The notes under the pieces are model-generated. The model was given only the letters and a program-made list of their open reading frames with translations. It was not told the origin of the DNA and did no database searches. A stretch of DNA of 64,000 nucleotides from Callorhinchus milii (Eukaryota), in contig NW_024704751.1 in assembly GCF_018977255.1 (NCBI RefSeq), positions 8,432,001-8,496,000 of the forward strand. Reading direction: 5' to 3'. This document shows positions 24,411 through 37,850 of the stretch, piece after piece. Positions within the stretch are counted from its first letter, which is position 1. Each line of letters opens with the position of its first letter. A program made the translations under genes and the position numbers.

Positions 24411-25665
24411 GCACCGAAGTCTCACACAGTCACTGGCTGCCAAGGATTAACGCACTGTGCCACTGTGCCAGGGTTTCGCAATAAAAACGTGCACTGATCA
24501 GTGTTTTGCACACCAGTCAATTCACTTTACAGTGTGTCCCTGTGAAGCGCTTTGAGGCGTCTCGGAGACACGATAAGGCGCTGTATCAGACGCCAGGATT
24601 ATTATGATTATTATTATTTCTTTCTTGGCAGCAAAGATTGGGGCCACTTGGAGGTCGCTCAGCTCCGTGCTGCTCCTCCCTTCAATAATAATCCTTGCCG
24701 TTTTCACAGCCCCCATCAAGCCTGGAGGACGTCTCAAAGCGCTTCACGGTGATTCACACTGAAGTGTAGTGACTGCGTATTTTCTAGGCGAACGCAGCGG
24801 CCGACTTACGAGCAGCAATTTCCCACGGGTGGCACGGAGCGAGTGATCGATTGTAATTGCGGGATTGTCAGCCGGGACACCGGGAGAAACTCTCTTCTCT
24901 TTCCGATCTGTGCCACGAGATCCTTGGGAAGGAGCAGGCTTGATGAACCAACCATGGGCTGATTGGGAGAGACACAGGCACAAGGAACACCCTGCGGGTT
25001 AGTGAGTGCAAACAGCAGAACCAAGCGAGTGAGTACCGAATCCATGTCACTGACTGTGGAGTCGGCGGTAACCCAATTCCATTCACCGACACTTTATATT
25101 AATGGTTACTTTTTAGGGACCAAGATATATAAACCTCGGGTGATATAGAGCATGGGCACCGTGTGTCCGATTAAAGACTGTGGGACGCTGCTGTGCGCAA
25201 TTGGCTGCTGTGTTTCGCCCACAAAATACACAGTCGATTCACTTTAACAGTATATCCTATGAAGAGCTTTGAGACGTCTCAACGGCATGATAAGGCGCTA
25301 CTTCGAAAGCAAGGATTATTATTATTATTAATACTGTTAATAAAAGTATGATTCAAGCTGGTTCTCTTTCTGTCTCTCCGTGTGACAGACGCAGTGTTTT
25401 CACGCTCTCTCCTGAGCACTCTTTGTTTCTGGTGTTTGAACAGAAGGAACTCAGCCAACCCTCCCCTCACTTCCGCAGGAAAGAGCGGCGTTTCCTGGGG
25501 AGGAAATGGGAGCTGAGGGCAGGGATCGAGCCATCTCCCAGTCGAGGGACTGACTTGGAGCTCAGGGCTGCTCCGAAACCGAACCAAGTCGTCGGCGGAC
25601 ACCGGTTAACGCTGAGACTGAAAGACGTTGATCGGAGGCACCGGGGTCCTGCTCTCTGATGCAGT

Positions 25666-28600
25666 ATGGAATCACTGCTCCTCTTGGTCAGCTCAGCCCT
25701 GATCCACGCCTCTCACACCCAGCAACTGCAGCCCAATGGTACCAATGTCTGCCGCTCGCCAAGGTAACTCCACATGACCTCTCCCTTTCACCATCTCTGT
25801 CTCTCCATGTGTCCGTCTTTCCCTGTGTCTGACTCTCTCCCTTTCTATCTCTCCCTATCTATCTCTCCCCGTCTGTCTCTCCTCTGTTTCTATATTTCCC
25901 CCCCTCTCTCTGTATCTCCCTCTCCCTCTCTATTTCTGNNNNNNNNNNNNNNNNNNNNNNNNNNNNNNNNNNNNNNNNNNNNNNNNNNNNNNNNNNNNNN
26001 NNNNNNNNNNNNNNNNNNNNNNNNNNNNNNNNNNNNNNNNNNNNNNNNNNNNNNNNNNNNNNNNNNNNNNNNNNNNNNNNNNNNNNNNNNNNNNNNNNNN
26101 NNNNNNNNNNNNNNNNNNNNNNNNNNNNNNNNNNNNNNNNNNNNNNNNNNNNNNNNNNNNNNNNNNNNNNNNNNNNNNNNNNNNNNNNNNNNNNNNNNNN
26201 NNNNNNNNNNTCCCACTCTATCTCTGTGTTTGTCTCTCCCTATCTCCATGTCGCGATCTGTCTGTATACCTCAATGCCTGGTTCTTCTTTACCATCTCTG
26301 AGTCTGTTGCTGGATCTGTCCCTGTCTGTCTCTGTGTCCATCTTTCCAAAAGAAAAAAAATAATAATTTAGTCACTCAACCCACGCCTGTTTGTGGGGCG
26401 CTGCTGTGCGCAATTGGCTGCCGCGTTTCGCCCACAAAATACACAGTCAATTCACTCTACAGTATATCCTGTGTAGCGCCTTGAGACGTCTCGATGACCT
26501 GATAAGGCGCTATATCAAATGCGAGGTTTATTATCATTATTATTCCTTCTCTATCTCTACGTCTGTCTCGGTCCATGCCTCTCCCTGTCTGTTTCTCCCT
26601 GTCCTTGTCTTTCATTGTGTGTCTCCCTGTAGATTTCTGTCTGTGAAAGGTTCCCCCAGCTTCCCTTCCACCCCCCCGACCGACCCCGCAACCCCACCCC
26701 CCACCGTACGCTCCCTCTTTAAGTATCATGTTGTCCATGTGGACCCCAAGTCCAGGGTTGTCTTGACCCATTGTGTAGCTGTGACTAAACTTCCAACCTC
26801 CGCACTTTGTTTGCCCGTATCTGTGATTATGTGACGCACACTAAGGCTCGCCACATTGGCGTGAAAGCAGAGGAAACCTTGGGAATTATCATTGTCCATT
26901 AAAAATATTTCATCACTGGGGTGGGAGAAGGGGACATGAATAATAACTCATGGGTAACGTGGGACTTTGGTCACAGCGAGGATGAAACAATAGCTGAGAG
27001 ATGGCGTTGTATGTGCAAAGGCTGACCTGCCCCTCTTTGTGTCTACATTTTGTTCACTTCCTTTCTGCCTGTGGCTGAGAGAGCATTTGTTTGCTCATGT
27101 AATGGTGGTGCAATGGTTCTGTCCAGTGCAATATTGTTCTGACACACAGGGAAACGCACAGACAAATTGAGATCCACACAGACACACAGAACACTCGCTG
27201 CCAAATTACACAGTCACCACACTTCACAGTGAATGCTCTGAAGCACTTTTGAGACATCCTCCCGACTTGAAAGGCGTCATCTCAAACGCAAGGATTGTTA
27301 TATTCTCGTTCTATGTGGATTTAGTGCATTTTTTGTGACCTCAAAAGGGAACATTTGCTTCTTAAAGCCCTTGGTTGCAGTTTGGCAGATGCCTGGAGGA
27401 AGCCCTCCCATCGTGCTCTGTGTGTGCCTCTATAAATAATAATAATCTGCTCACTCCATCCCTGAGCCAGGCTGACGCACAGAGAAACACTGACCAGGTC
27501 CTTAGGCTGTTATCCCTTCTAATAATAATAATTATAATAATTATAATAATTATAATAATCCTCGCATTTGATATATTATTATTATATAGCGCCTTATCAC
27601 GTCTTCAAGACGCCTCAAAGCGCTTCTGATGCTATATCTCAACCCAATGAATTGTGTTGAGCTACACAAGGGAAGGGAACATGAGGGCTCTACGTGGTAG
27701 GGGTCAGTGCTTGAGCCCACCCATAGCTGACAGCACCACAGTAACGGGGCGATTTGCGATCTGATGTTAAGCCCTTTGTTGAAGAGTCTCAGTCATCTCA
27801 ACGTTTCCTGTTCTCACCAGCGATCCTCCCACACTCATCTGCTGTCCGGGGTGGAAACCGAGAGGACACGACTGCACCATCGGTAGGTGTTTGAGAGCCA
27901 AGGCTTTCTGTTAATGCTTACTCTAAAACCTGCTAAAGATAGTGTGCTGGGCTAAGTGTAGATCTGGAGGTGTGTGTGTGTGTGTTTGTGTGTATGTGAC
28001 CTGTAATCTCTTTGCTTCGTGCGGTTGGGATGCGCTGTCTGGATGCCGGTCATTGTGTGACTAACTCGAGGACATTGGCAGACGTGTTGGCTTCAGTTAT
28101 CGGCAGCTTTGTGTGAGATTGAGAGCACTGCGCCTCTGCACTGAACCAACTGTGTTTTACCCACAAAATCCACCCAGCTGTTTGTGGGACACTGCTGTGC
28201 GCAATCGGCTGCCGGATTTTGCCCACAAAATCCTGTGAAGTGCTTTCAGATGTCTCAACAACATGATAATTCGCTAGATCAAACGCAAGGATTATTATTG
28301 TTATTACCATCATTATTACTGAGCGTCTATGGACCGTGGAGAGTAACCCTGGCCAACCGTTCAGTCTGTTCCTTGGCTCAATGTCCAAATGATCCCCGGT
28401 CACACAGGGCGTCTCCGCTTAACACTTGTACATTTTGCAATCACTTGCAGCTGTCTGTGAGGAGCCAAACACCTGCCGTCTCGAGGAGATCTGCATCCGG
28501 CCCGGAGTTTGCCGCTGCCCACACGGGTACTATGGAGCCCAGTGCATCACCAGTGAGTACAGTATCTTCTATTACAACAACAACTTTCCTTTGCACAGCG

Positions 28601-31600
28601 CACCCCTCGCGCAGACGGTGGCGGAGCGAGCACGCACGATCGCTAGCACTGTGCCTCCGGACGGAGCGATTGCGGACTGTGTTTCACCCGCAAAGCGCAC
28701 GTCACTACACTTTACAGTGCACCGCGTGCGAAGCGCTGTGAGACGTCTCGCCCACAAATTCACATTCACTACACTTTGCAATATATTCTGCGGAGCGCTT
28801 AGAGACATCTCGACTGTATCAAATGCAAGGACTATTATCATTATTAATATTATCATGATTATTATTATGTGTCGTGTTCTTGAAATGATAATTATTATAG
28901 TTATGTCTGTCTGCTTGTTCCCCAGGATGCCCCGACCAGTTCTGGGGGCCAGACTGCAGGGAACTGTGCCCTTGTTATCCCAACGGCAAGTGCCACGGTG
29001 TGACTGGCGCCTGTACCTGTCGCCGAGGACACTGGGGAGTCAACTGTGCCAGGACTTGCCGATGCCAGCGAGGAAAGTGCAACCCTGTCACGGGGCAGTG
29101 CGAGTGCCAGGCCGGCTGGTGGGGCTCTGACTGCAGCCAGGCCTGCGGCTGTCACAACGCCGGGCCCCAGTGTGACCAGGCCAGCGGGAGGTGCACCTGT
29201 TTGCCGGGGTTCTTGGGCAAGAAGTGCCTTTACCGCTGCTCCTGTAACCATTCCCCGTGCCACCAGGTCACGGCCGTGTGCGACTGCAATGCGGGCTGGT
29301 GGGGCCAGGGGTGTGACAAGCGGTGCATGTGCGAGCACGGGACCTGCATCCTGGCCAACGGGATTTGTGTGTGTGACCTTGGCTTCCAGGGGAAAGAGTG
29401 CAGTGAGCCCTGCCAGGCTGGATACTATGGAGAAGGCTGCCAGCACAGGTATGAGCATTCCCAAAGCTCGGCACATCCCAGATCGACCGTTCTGGCTTCC
29501 CCCTGTTAGCCTCACTGCACTGATAGGCGGGAAGTTCCTCTCCCTCTAATCCTGGTCCCCTTACTCTTATTTTACTCTTTCCCAGGAGCTAAAGCCTCTA
29601 CACATTTCCTCCCACCCTCAATCTCCCCTTAAGGACATAAGAACGTAAGACTTTCCTCGGCGAAAGAAGACCAAGGTTCATCTCGTTCGCCTTCCACCAC
29701 CCCTGGCTTGACATGTAGTGTCCCCAACTTTATACTGTATTATTTTCTAGCAGAAATCTATCTAATTTGTTCTTGAAACAAACGACAACCTTCTCCCCGT
29801 AACCTGCAATGATTTAGCCCCCAAACTCAGCCTCGCTGATCCCTCATGTCCCTTCCTCTCCGCTCCCCCTGTCTCTACAAGCCTCTTCAATCTGGTTTCT
29901 TCCCCACGAGCCCAGACCCCTGACATGGCTTTCTTTCCCCACTTCACAGATGTGGCCGCTGTAAGGATGGTCCCTGCTCCTCCACCGACGGCTCCTGTGC
30001 GGCCTGTGTCCCGGGCTGGAATGGCACTCGCTGCAACCAGTCCTGCGCCCCGGGATTCCACGGGGAAAACTGCCGGGAAAGCTGCCCCCTGTGCAGAGCC
30101 GGGGAGGTCTGCGATGTGGAGACGGGGGTCTGCGGTTCCTGCGATCCAGGCTGGAATGGCTCCAGGTATGGCAGTCAGTACAACAGCGCTTTCTCTGTCT
30201 CTCTCTCCGTCTCTCTCTCTCTCTCTCTCGCAACGCTGCCACTCACCACTCTACTCTCCCCACTCCGCTACCCGCTGCCTCCCCTTGGCTGGCTCCGGCC
30301 TCCTGGCCCGGCCCTCGGCCCCTCCGCTCCGCCATCGGTGGCCACACTTTCAGCCGCTCCTTAAGAACATAACAAGAATTTGCTGGGCAAAAGAAGACCA
30401 AGGTCCCATCTGGTTCGCCTTCCACCATCCTGGCAGTCACTTGTCATGTCATGTCCCCAAACTATATTCTGTATTATCCCCAGATATTATTTTCTAATAA
30501 CTATGCCCCAAAACTTTGAAACTCTCTCCCCCAATCCCTCCGCCTCGCTCCTTCCTCCTTCCCCTCTTTTAAACCGTGACTGAGGATCTTCCTCTTTGAC
30601 CGTGGTTACGGTCACCTCCTCCCTCCCCTCCCCCCTGACTCGGGGTCAGACTCGCCACTGTCAAGCGCTCCGAGAGCCTGCCCCGCGTGAAGGGCGCAGT
30701 GTAAATGCAAGCTGTTGGGGGCCTCATGTTGTCATTTAGTGAGGCGCTGGTTAAACATTGGCACCGTAGGACTTTGTATATTAGACGGTGCCCGCTGCTG
30801 TGTGGAGCTGCTGTGTGGAGCTGTTGGCAGGTGGGCAGAACTGGCACTAACCTGTGACTTGGCCCCAGGTGTGATTCTCACTGTCCAGCTGGAACCTTTG
30901 GGGATGGCTGCCGATTCACCTGTCCTGACTGCTCCCATGGTAACTGCCACCATATCACAGGAGAATGCCTATGTGATCCAGGCTATACTGGAGACAGGTG
31001 AGGAGACAGCCACACACGCGCGCGCGCACACACACACACACACACGTACAATCACAGCCATGTCACCCATACACAGGCGTTCGATATATAAGACACACAC
31101 AGCACTGAGAGACCGGAGTCACAGTGATACTCACACACACGCACACACACCATCCCACAGTCCCGTCACCTCGTCCCCTCCCTTGCCTCCTTCAAGGCCC
31201 GTCTCAAGAACTTCCTCTTCGACCACACGTTCGGTCACCCTCCTAACCCTAACCCTCCCTGGCCTCCACCCCTCCTGATCCCAACGCCCAGCTCGGGTAC
31301 AAATCCTTGACTGTGTTCCAGTTGCCTTGAAACATCCTCCCGAAGTGAAAGGCGCAGTGTAAATGTAATTTATTGTTGTTGTTGTTGTGTAGCTGTAACC
31401 ATACGTGCCCTGAAGGATATCACGGGGCGAACTGTTCTACGACCTGTCACTGTTTGGGGACTTCCTGCGATCACGTGTCTGGCTTGTGTGAGTTCAGTAA
31501 GTATCTCTCACCTATCACACAGTGTCGTTGTGTCCACAATATTGAGTGACGTTGATGTTGTCCACTGTCTGAGACCATTGTTGCCGCTGGCTTTTCACAC

Positions 31601-34600
31601 CAGCTCTGATGATCCTAGTTGCCTTTTGACCCAACTTGGTGCCAATTTGTGCCCAAACTGTGCTGCTCCTGCTGGCAATTGGTCATATTGCTGATTGATA
31701 AATAATAATAATAATAATCCTTGCGTTTGATACAGTGCCTTATCACATCTTGTCCAGCGACTTGAGACGTCCTCCCGACCTGAAAGGCGCTATACAAATG
31801 TAATTTTGTTGTTGTCTTCATGACGTCTCAAAGTGCTTCGGAGAATATACCGTAAAGTGAATTGACTGTGTATTTTTGTGGGCAAATAAATATATTGATT
31901 GTGGGGTCACGACAGTGTTTAGGGCCAGAGTAAAGCCCTGGTCCCCACTGTTACCCCACTCACAGGAAAGAAGCCCAGACAGACACACAGTGTGATGCTT
32001 TCGTTCCTCACGTTGGTTGTCCTTTTGACCCCCTTTGGACAATTTTTGCCAAACCGTGTTGTTTATTGCGCAGAGCAAATTGGCTGCCACGTTTGCCTAC
32101 AAAACAGACAATTACTGCACTTTACGCTAAATCTGGGACGCTTCCCAGGGTGAGGGGCGCTGTGTAAATACAAGTTGTTGTTGTAAATCCCATGAAGTGC
32201 TTTGAGACGGGATAGCGAAGGATTTGCTTAATGCTGGGACTCAGCCATTTTGGCCTCCCACAACATTAGGGTTTGCTGATGTTGTGTTGAGGCCAAAGTG
32301 GTTGAGTCCTTCTGGTGAAGTGTCAGTGCCAGACTCGGTGGGGGGGCTGAGGTCTAGCTCACGGTGGCTTTAGTTGGAGCTTCTGTATGTTGTACCCTGA
32401 CTTGATGGCTTCCTCCCTGGAACAGGTAGAAAGGGCGCTGTGATTGCTGGTGTCCTGGTCACCCTCGTGGTCCTGTTAGTCTGTATCCTGTGCTGCTGTT
32501 GTTGTGGAGCCGATGAGAACGACCCCAAGAACAGGTAAACAGTTAATGTTCATTTATTTTGCAATCTACAGGAGAAAGGGGGGTGGGGGATGGGATTTGG
32601 GGGTCTTATACTCATCGGAGCGAGAGATATCAGTACACTGGTTTGGTACTTGTCATCGTGTTTGCTATCCAACACCAAGTGAAACACCAAGTATCCCCAG
32701 GTTACAGTCTGAGTGAAGCTTTAATCCAACCTCACAATAGCATCTTCCATAGGATGGGGGCTGAAGGCCAGCATAACATACCCTATCTGACAACCTTGCC
32801 GTGTCTCTTTGCTCAGGGCGGTAGACGAAGGCAGGGGTCCGATGGCGAGGATGAAGCATCATGTCCAAGGGGTCCTGGCAAACCTCAGCTCCACCAGCTT
32901 CTCCTTCGGCAATCAGAAGTTGCCTAAGATCACCGGTAAAAAAAACATTACCCAAAACTCAGCTCTTTACTCATTACTCATTCCTCGGTTTTATCTTAAT
33001 CAGCGGAGCACACGGAGGTTCACAGGGTTTTCCAGTAAATAATAGTAATAAATAATAATAATCCTTGTATTTGATTCAGCGTCTTATCACATCTTCGAGA
33101 CGTCTCGAAACGCTTCACGGAATAGACTGTGAAGTGAATTGACGGGTATATTTTGTGGGCGAAACGCGGCAGCCAATTGCGCACAACAGCGTCCCCACGA
33201 ACAGTCGTGGACTGAGCGACCAAATTATTTTTTTTTGAAGGGATTATCAACCCCCGTCAGCTTTATCCTGTACCTGACTCCGCCAGCAGATGACGATATT
33301 GCTCTGGTGTTCTGACGTTCGTTTCAGAGACGTCTGTGCAGCAGGCTATTAAAAATGCTCTCCTGTCCTGAAGGCACTGCCGCATTCATACCGGGCTTTG
33401 TTTTTTTGGCCGGCCGGGTGTCTGACACACGCGGAAACCCACCACCGTGCTTAAAAGTATCCAAACCAAGCTGAGAATCCCACCTGCACAGAGATAAATC
33501 GCTCAAAGCGCTTGACAGAATAGACCGTAAAGCGATTTGACTGTATATTTTGTGGGCGAAACGCAGCAGGCAATTAATTCCACGTTATGTCTGTTTGTGG
33601 GAAGCTGGTGCGTGGAGATTGGTTGTCGCGTTCACCTACAAAATACACACGGTCCATATCTACTCTGCAGTGAATCCTGTGAATCACTTTGTGGTATTTC
33701 GAAAGCGCGATGAACCGTTTCAAAATGCGTTACGTTAATGCAATGCAGCACCTTGTTTGTGTGTTTTATCCCGCAGCCCCTCCGACTCGCCCCCTCCCTT
33801 GCTTCGTTTCAAGACCCTCCTCCTCGACCATGTTTTCGATCGCCCTGCCTCCCCTCCCTCTGCCCTCCACCCTCCCCGACCCCGACCCCCAGCTTGGGTC
33901 CGAAACTCAGTCTGTCCAGCGCTTTGGGACCTTCTCCCGACGCGAAAGGCGCTTTACAAATGTAGTTTTGTTGTTGTTGTTGTTGTATTTGGGTTGGAAG
34001 CTTACGTTGAACACTGTTGGCTTTGTGTGAGCGGTTGATTGTCTGCATCGCATGCTGGTGAATGCAGGCGCCATGAGTGAGTGTGTCACACAGTAGTGAA
34101 TGTGTTGTGTGATTGATGCTGGCAGAGTCGTGTAAAACTAGGTCTTTCTGCCTCGCAGTTTCGCACCACGATGCCGATGTCACCTTTAACTGCAGCTTCA
34201 TTGACTCGCCGTCCGCTGGCTGGGACTCAGCCTCGTTCTCCTCTTTCGAGGCAGACGAAGAAGGTCCAGTGTATTGTGTTCCTCCTCGGGAAGGTAAGGG
34301 CGAAAAGCAAGGCAGGAACGCCTGAGAATCCACAGTCACACGCGGCTGTATCAGCACATGTGCTTGACACCATCTCAACCTCCTATTAAAGAGTGAGGTG
34401 TTTGGCCAACCACTGTAGAAGGAGGGTCCAGATAATAATGATAATCCTTGTGTTTGATACAGAGCCTCATCACGTCTTCGAGACGTCTCAAAGCGCTTCA
34501 CAGGAGATACTGTAAAGTGGAGTGACTGTGGATTTTGTGGACGAAACGCGGCAGCCACTTGCGCAGCGCAATAAATCATACATCTGCACAAGTCTCGTTC

Positions 34601-35821
34601 AAGGCTTTACATTCCATGCAAGTTTGACATACTTTGCATAAGTCGTATTAAATGACTGGTTCCATCGGATACAACGTATGTGGGGTTTACAGTGGTGTGT
34701 GGAGCTCTCTAATGTGACCACCCTTTATTCTGGTCTCCTTCTTACTTCCAGGAAATGGTTTCATCGCGGTGGGAGAGGGGTTTCAGGAGATGAGCTCCAG
34801 GTGTAACTATCTCCCAGCAGAGAATTCCGAGTTTAACAGTGTCGAGGGCCTGGAGTCCTTCTCCATACCGAGAACCTCCAGCATCGTCAAGGCCAAGCGT
34901 CCCTCAGTCTCATTCGCGGAAGGGACCAAGTTTGGCCCAGAGGAACGGAGAGGCTCAATGCCCGAGAGCAAGGTGGAGCCCAGTAACAACAGCCAGAGGA
35001 AGCGAAAACTCTCCTGGACCCTGAGTAAACTACCCCCCATCCAGTCCGCCTCCGCACCCAGCGATCTCCATCTGCCAGTTTGTGAGCCCTATGAGTACAC
35101 TGAGCTCCCCATAAGTTGCCAGGAGTCGGAAACAGAGAGCAGGTCCTCCCCACCAGCCGGGGCAGGGGACCACAGGCGGACTTTGTCCAACGCCAAGAGA
35201 GGTCCTCAGGATGTGGTGGAATGTGCCGAAATCAGCTCTGTTTCTGGCGATACCGAACCAGGTGCCAATGAGCAAAAAGTGACTACAGTTTATGTCATGG
35301 TGAGCAGGCCTCAGAGAGCCTCCAAGATTGGGGGCATTCAGGCAGAAGGAAGTGGGAAAGTTCAAGCAATGCTCAAAAGGTTTGGTAGTTTCCAGAGACA
35401 GAGGTCGAGCCCCAGAGAGGGGCGAAGACCCATCGCAAGGGGAGAAGGTGTCTCCAAGGCACGTCAAAAGTTTATCGCTTTGGACAAGAACAACAGGCAC
35501 CAGGTGTCAGAGCCTGTGGGGAGCTCAGTAGTGGAACTGAAGACGGCCAAGGGAGCTTCACTCCCCAGATATTCCCGCACGCCCACCATTGGCCAGCCTC
35601 AGGCAACGGGGTCTCCCAGCTCGACCATGACCAAGAAGGCCCTCATCCCCACCACCTCCATCCTTAGGAAACTGGTAGCAAACGTGGAGGGCACTGAGGA
35701 GAGGCTGGAGATGATACACGGTTCCATTCACAGAGACACCCACAGTGACCAGGACAGCAGAGACCGTGAGCGAGGCCACCAGCAGGAGAAACTCGCTGGC
35801 CAAGCAGGAAGTGAAAACTGA
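25666..35821 (+). CDS. SCARF1: Scavenger receptor class F member 1 (SREC-I); 11 exons, ~888 aa
   Basis: Exons 25666-25763, 27821-27882, 28451-28552, 28926-29448, 29950-30165, 30869-30997, 31393-31496, 32426-32534, 32817-32935, 34159-34293, 34752-35821 (2667 nt, in frame). Signal peptide [23 protein letters not shown], many EGF-like repeats, [20 protein letters not shown], cytoplasmic [43 protein letters not shown]. Lies upstream of SLC43A2 as in human. Confidence 0.9.
25939..26210. other. Assembly gap (N run) within a CT-rich repeat
   Basis: Run of n. Confidence 0.99.
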
Positions 35822-37439
35822 CTGTGAGACTGTCCATGACAGAACGCAGGGCACTGCAGCGTTACAATGTGAGCACTGCTCTCGACAGACACGTAGTCAA
35901 GGCACGGATCCTGCTCAGCTCAGCCAAGTTTCCTTCCCCGCCCCTCCCTCCCTCCCTCCATCCCTGCAATTCCCAGTCCACGCTCTTGAGTTCGAACATT
36001 CCCGTGTTTTTCCCCAAAAAAATTGGGGGGTTGGTGGGCGGGAAAATTAACCCCTCAAACAAACTTTGGTGAGATGCACTAATCTTGCAGTCTGGGTTAA
36101 CAAATCCTTTCGAGACATTAGATTTTGACACATTTTTGATAAAAGATGCGAATAAGACATCGTTTAATGTGGGAGGAAGAGAGTCTGAATATAAGAACAA
36201 CCAGGTGTGTTCCTGGGTTCTACTTTCCATTAGAAAATAATGTCTCGGGGCACTGATATGTATAGTTTGGGGTCACGACATGGCGAGCGACTGCCAGGGT
36301 GGTGGAAGGCAAACAAGATGAACCTTAGACTTCTTTCGCCTAGCAAATTCTTATGCTGTTATCTGCTTACTTTTAGCGCGTCAGCCCGGCTCAGTTGGTG
36401 GCGCTCTCGCCTCCTGAGTCGCGGAGGTTGTGGGTTCAAGCTCCATTTGGCTCACTGTCTAGACGGGCGCTCCCTCCAGTGCAGTGCCGGGGGAACTCTG
36501 GGTGTCAGAGGTATTGTCCTTCGGATGAGATGTTAATTTGAAGTTGATAAAGATCCCACAAAGCTAGTGGAAAAGAGAAGAGAATGCCTCCTGAAACCCC
36601 CCCCCGGCCATCCATCCCCCAGAGAAAAACTGGCCATTCACTGCATGGCTGCGTGTGGGACTTGGCTGCACACAAATCGGCTGCTGCATTTGCCTGCAAA
36701 TACCACATTTTACAAGAAAAGCCCTGGAAGTGGTTTGAGACAATCCAGTGTTCTTGGCACTGCATCAAATACTGCACCAGCATCGTGGTATGGTAGCTCG
36801 GAGTGAAGTTTTATAATTACCCAATAGCTTCATAAATAATGCTGCAGCCTTCAGTTTGTGTCTGGTAATCAGTTGTGGACAGTGTCTTGTCTTCCATCCA
36901 CACACTCTTACGAACATACACATGCTCACACTCACACACTCACACCTACACACACACATATACACCCACACACACCCTTCCCAAGGGGATGCCTACTAGT
37001 TGTTGGACGCGAGGTGGGATGCAGCTGTTTCCTCTCATCTCTTGTTGATGTGTGGAGGTCTCTGATGCACACACACACACACTCCCACACGCGACACATG
37101 AGCAATGCTGAGATTAGCAGAGATTCCAGGAACTCAGTACAAGTCCACCAAAAGACACTCACTCACACTCTTCCTCCTTCCCACACCTCAGATTTACACA
37201 GACCACAAGTCATGGCTGACACACCACTGTCCAGCTCTTGAGAACTCATACAAATTTCCCAGATTCTTTGTTGTCACGTCTTCCTCTCGTGGCAAAACCT
37301 CCTCACAGATCAAGACATCGAACACAGTAGGTTCCCTGTCCCCTGCTCACATCAAAACCGTCCTTCGTCAACAACAACAACTTGCATTTATATAGCATCC
37401 CTTACACAGCGCAGAGTCCCAGAGCCTTCAACTGGTTTC

Positions 37440-37850
37440 AACAACAACAACAACAACTTGGATCTATATAGCACCCTCCATGCCGGACGGCGTCTCAGAG
37501 TGCTTCACAGTAACGGATCCCAGGGCCGAGCCAGGGGAAGGGGGGAGCGTGGGGGGAGGGGGAGGAAGGTGACCAAAGGCGCAGTCGAAAAGAAAGGTCT
37601 TCAGCAGAGACCTGAAAATAGGAAGAGAGGGAGCGAGACGAAGGGAGTGAGGAAGGGAGTTCCAGAGCCTCGGGGCGTAGTGGCTGAAGGCACAGCCGCC
37701 GAGGGTGGAGCGGAGGACTCGGGGGATGAGGAGGAGGCCAGACCCGGAGGAACAAAGGCAACGGGTACTGTTTTGAGGAGAGAGGAGGTCAGAGAGGTCG
37801 GGGGGTGCAGAGGAGTGAAGGGATTTGAGGACAAGGGTGAGGATCTTGAA
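37440..37850 (-). mobile_element. L2-type LINE 3' fragment with (CAA)n tail
   Basis: Same layout as 48177-48790: caacaacaac tail followed by degenerate ORF2 C-terminal sequence. Confidence 0.65.
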
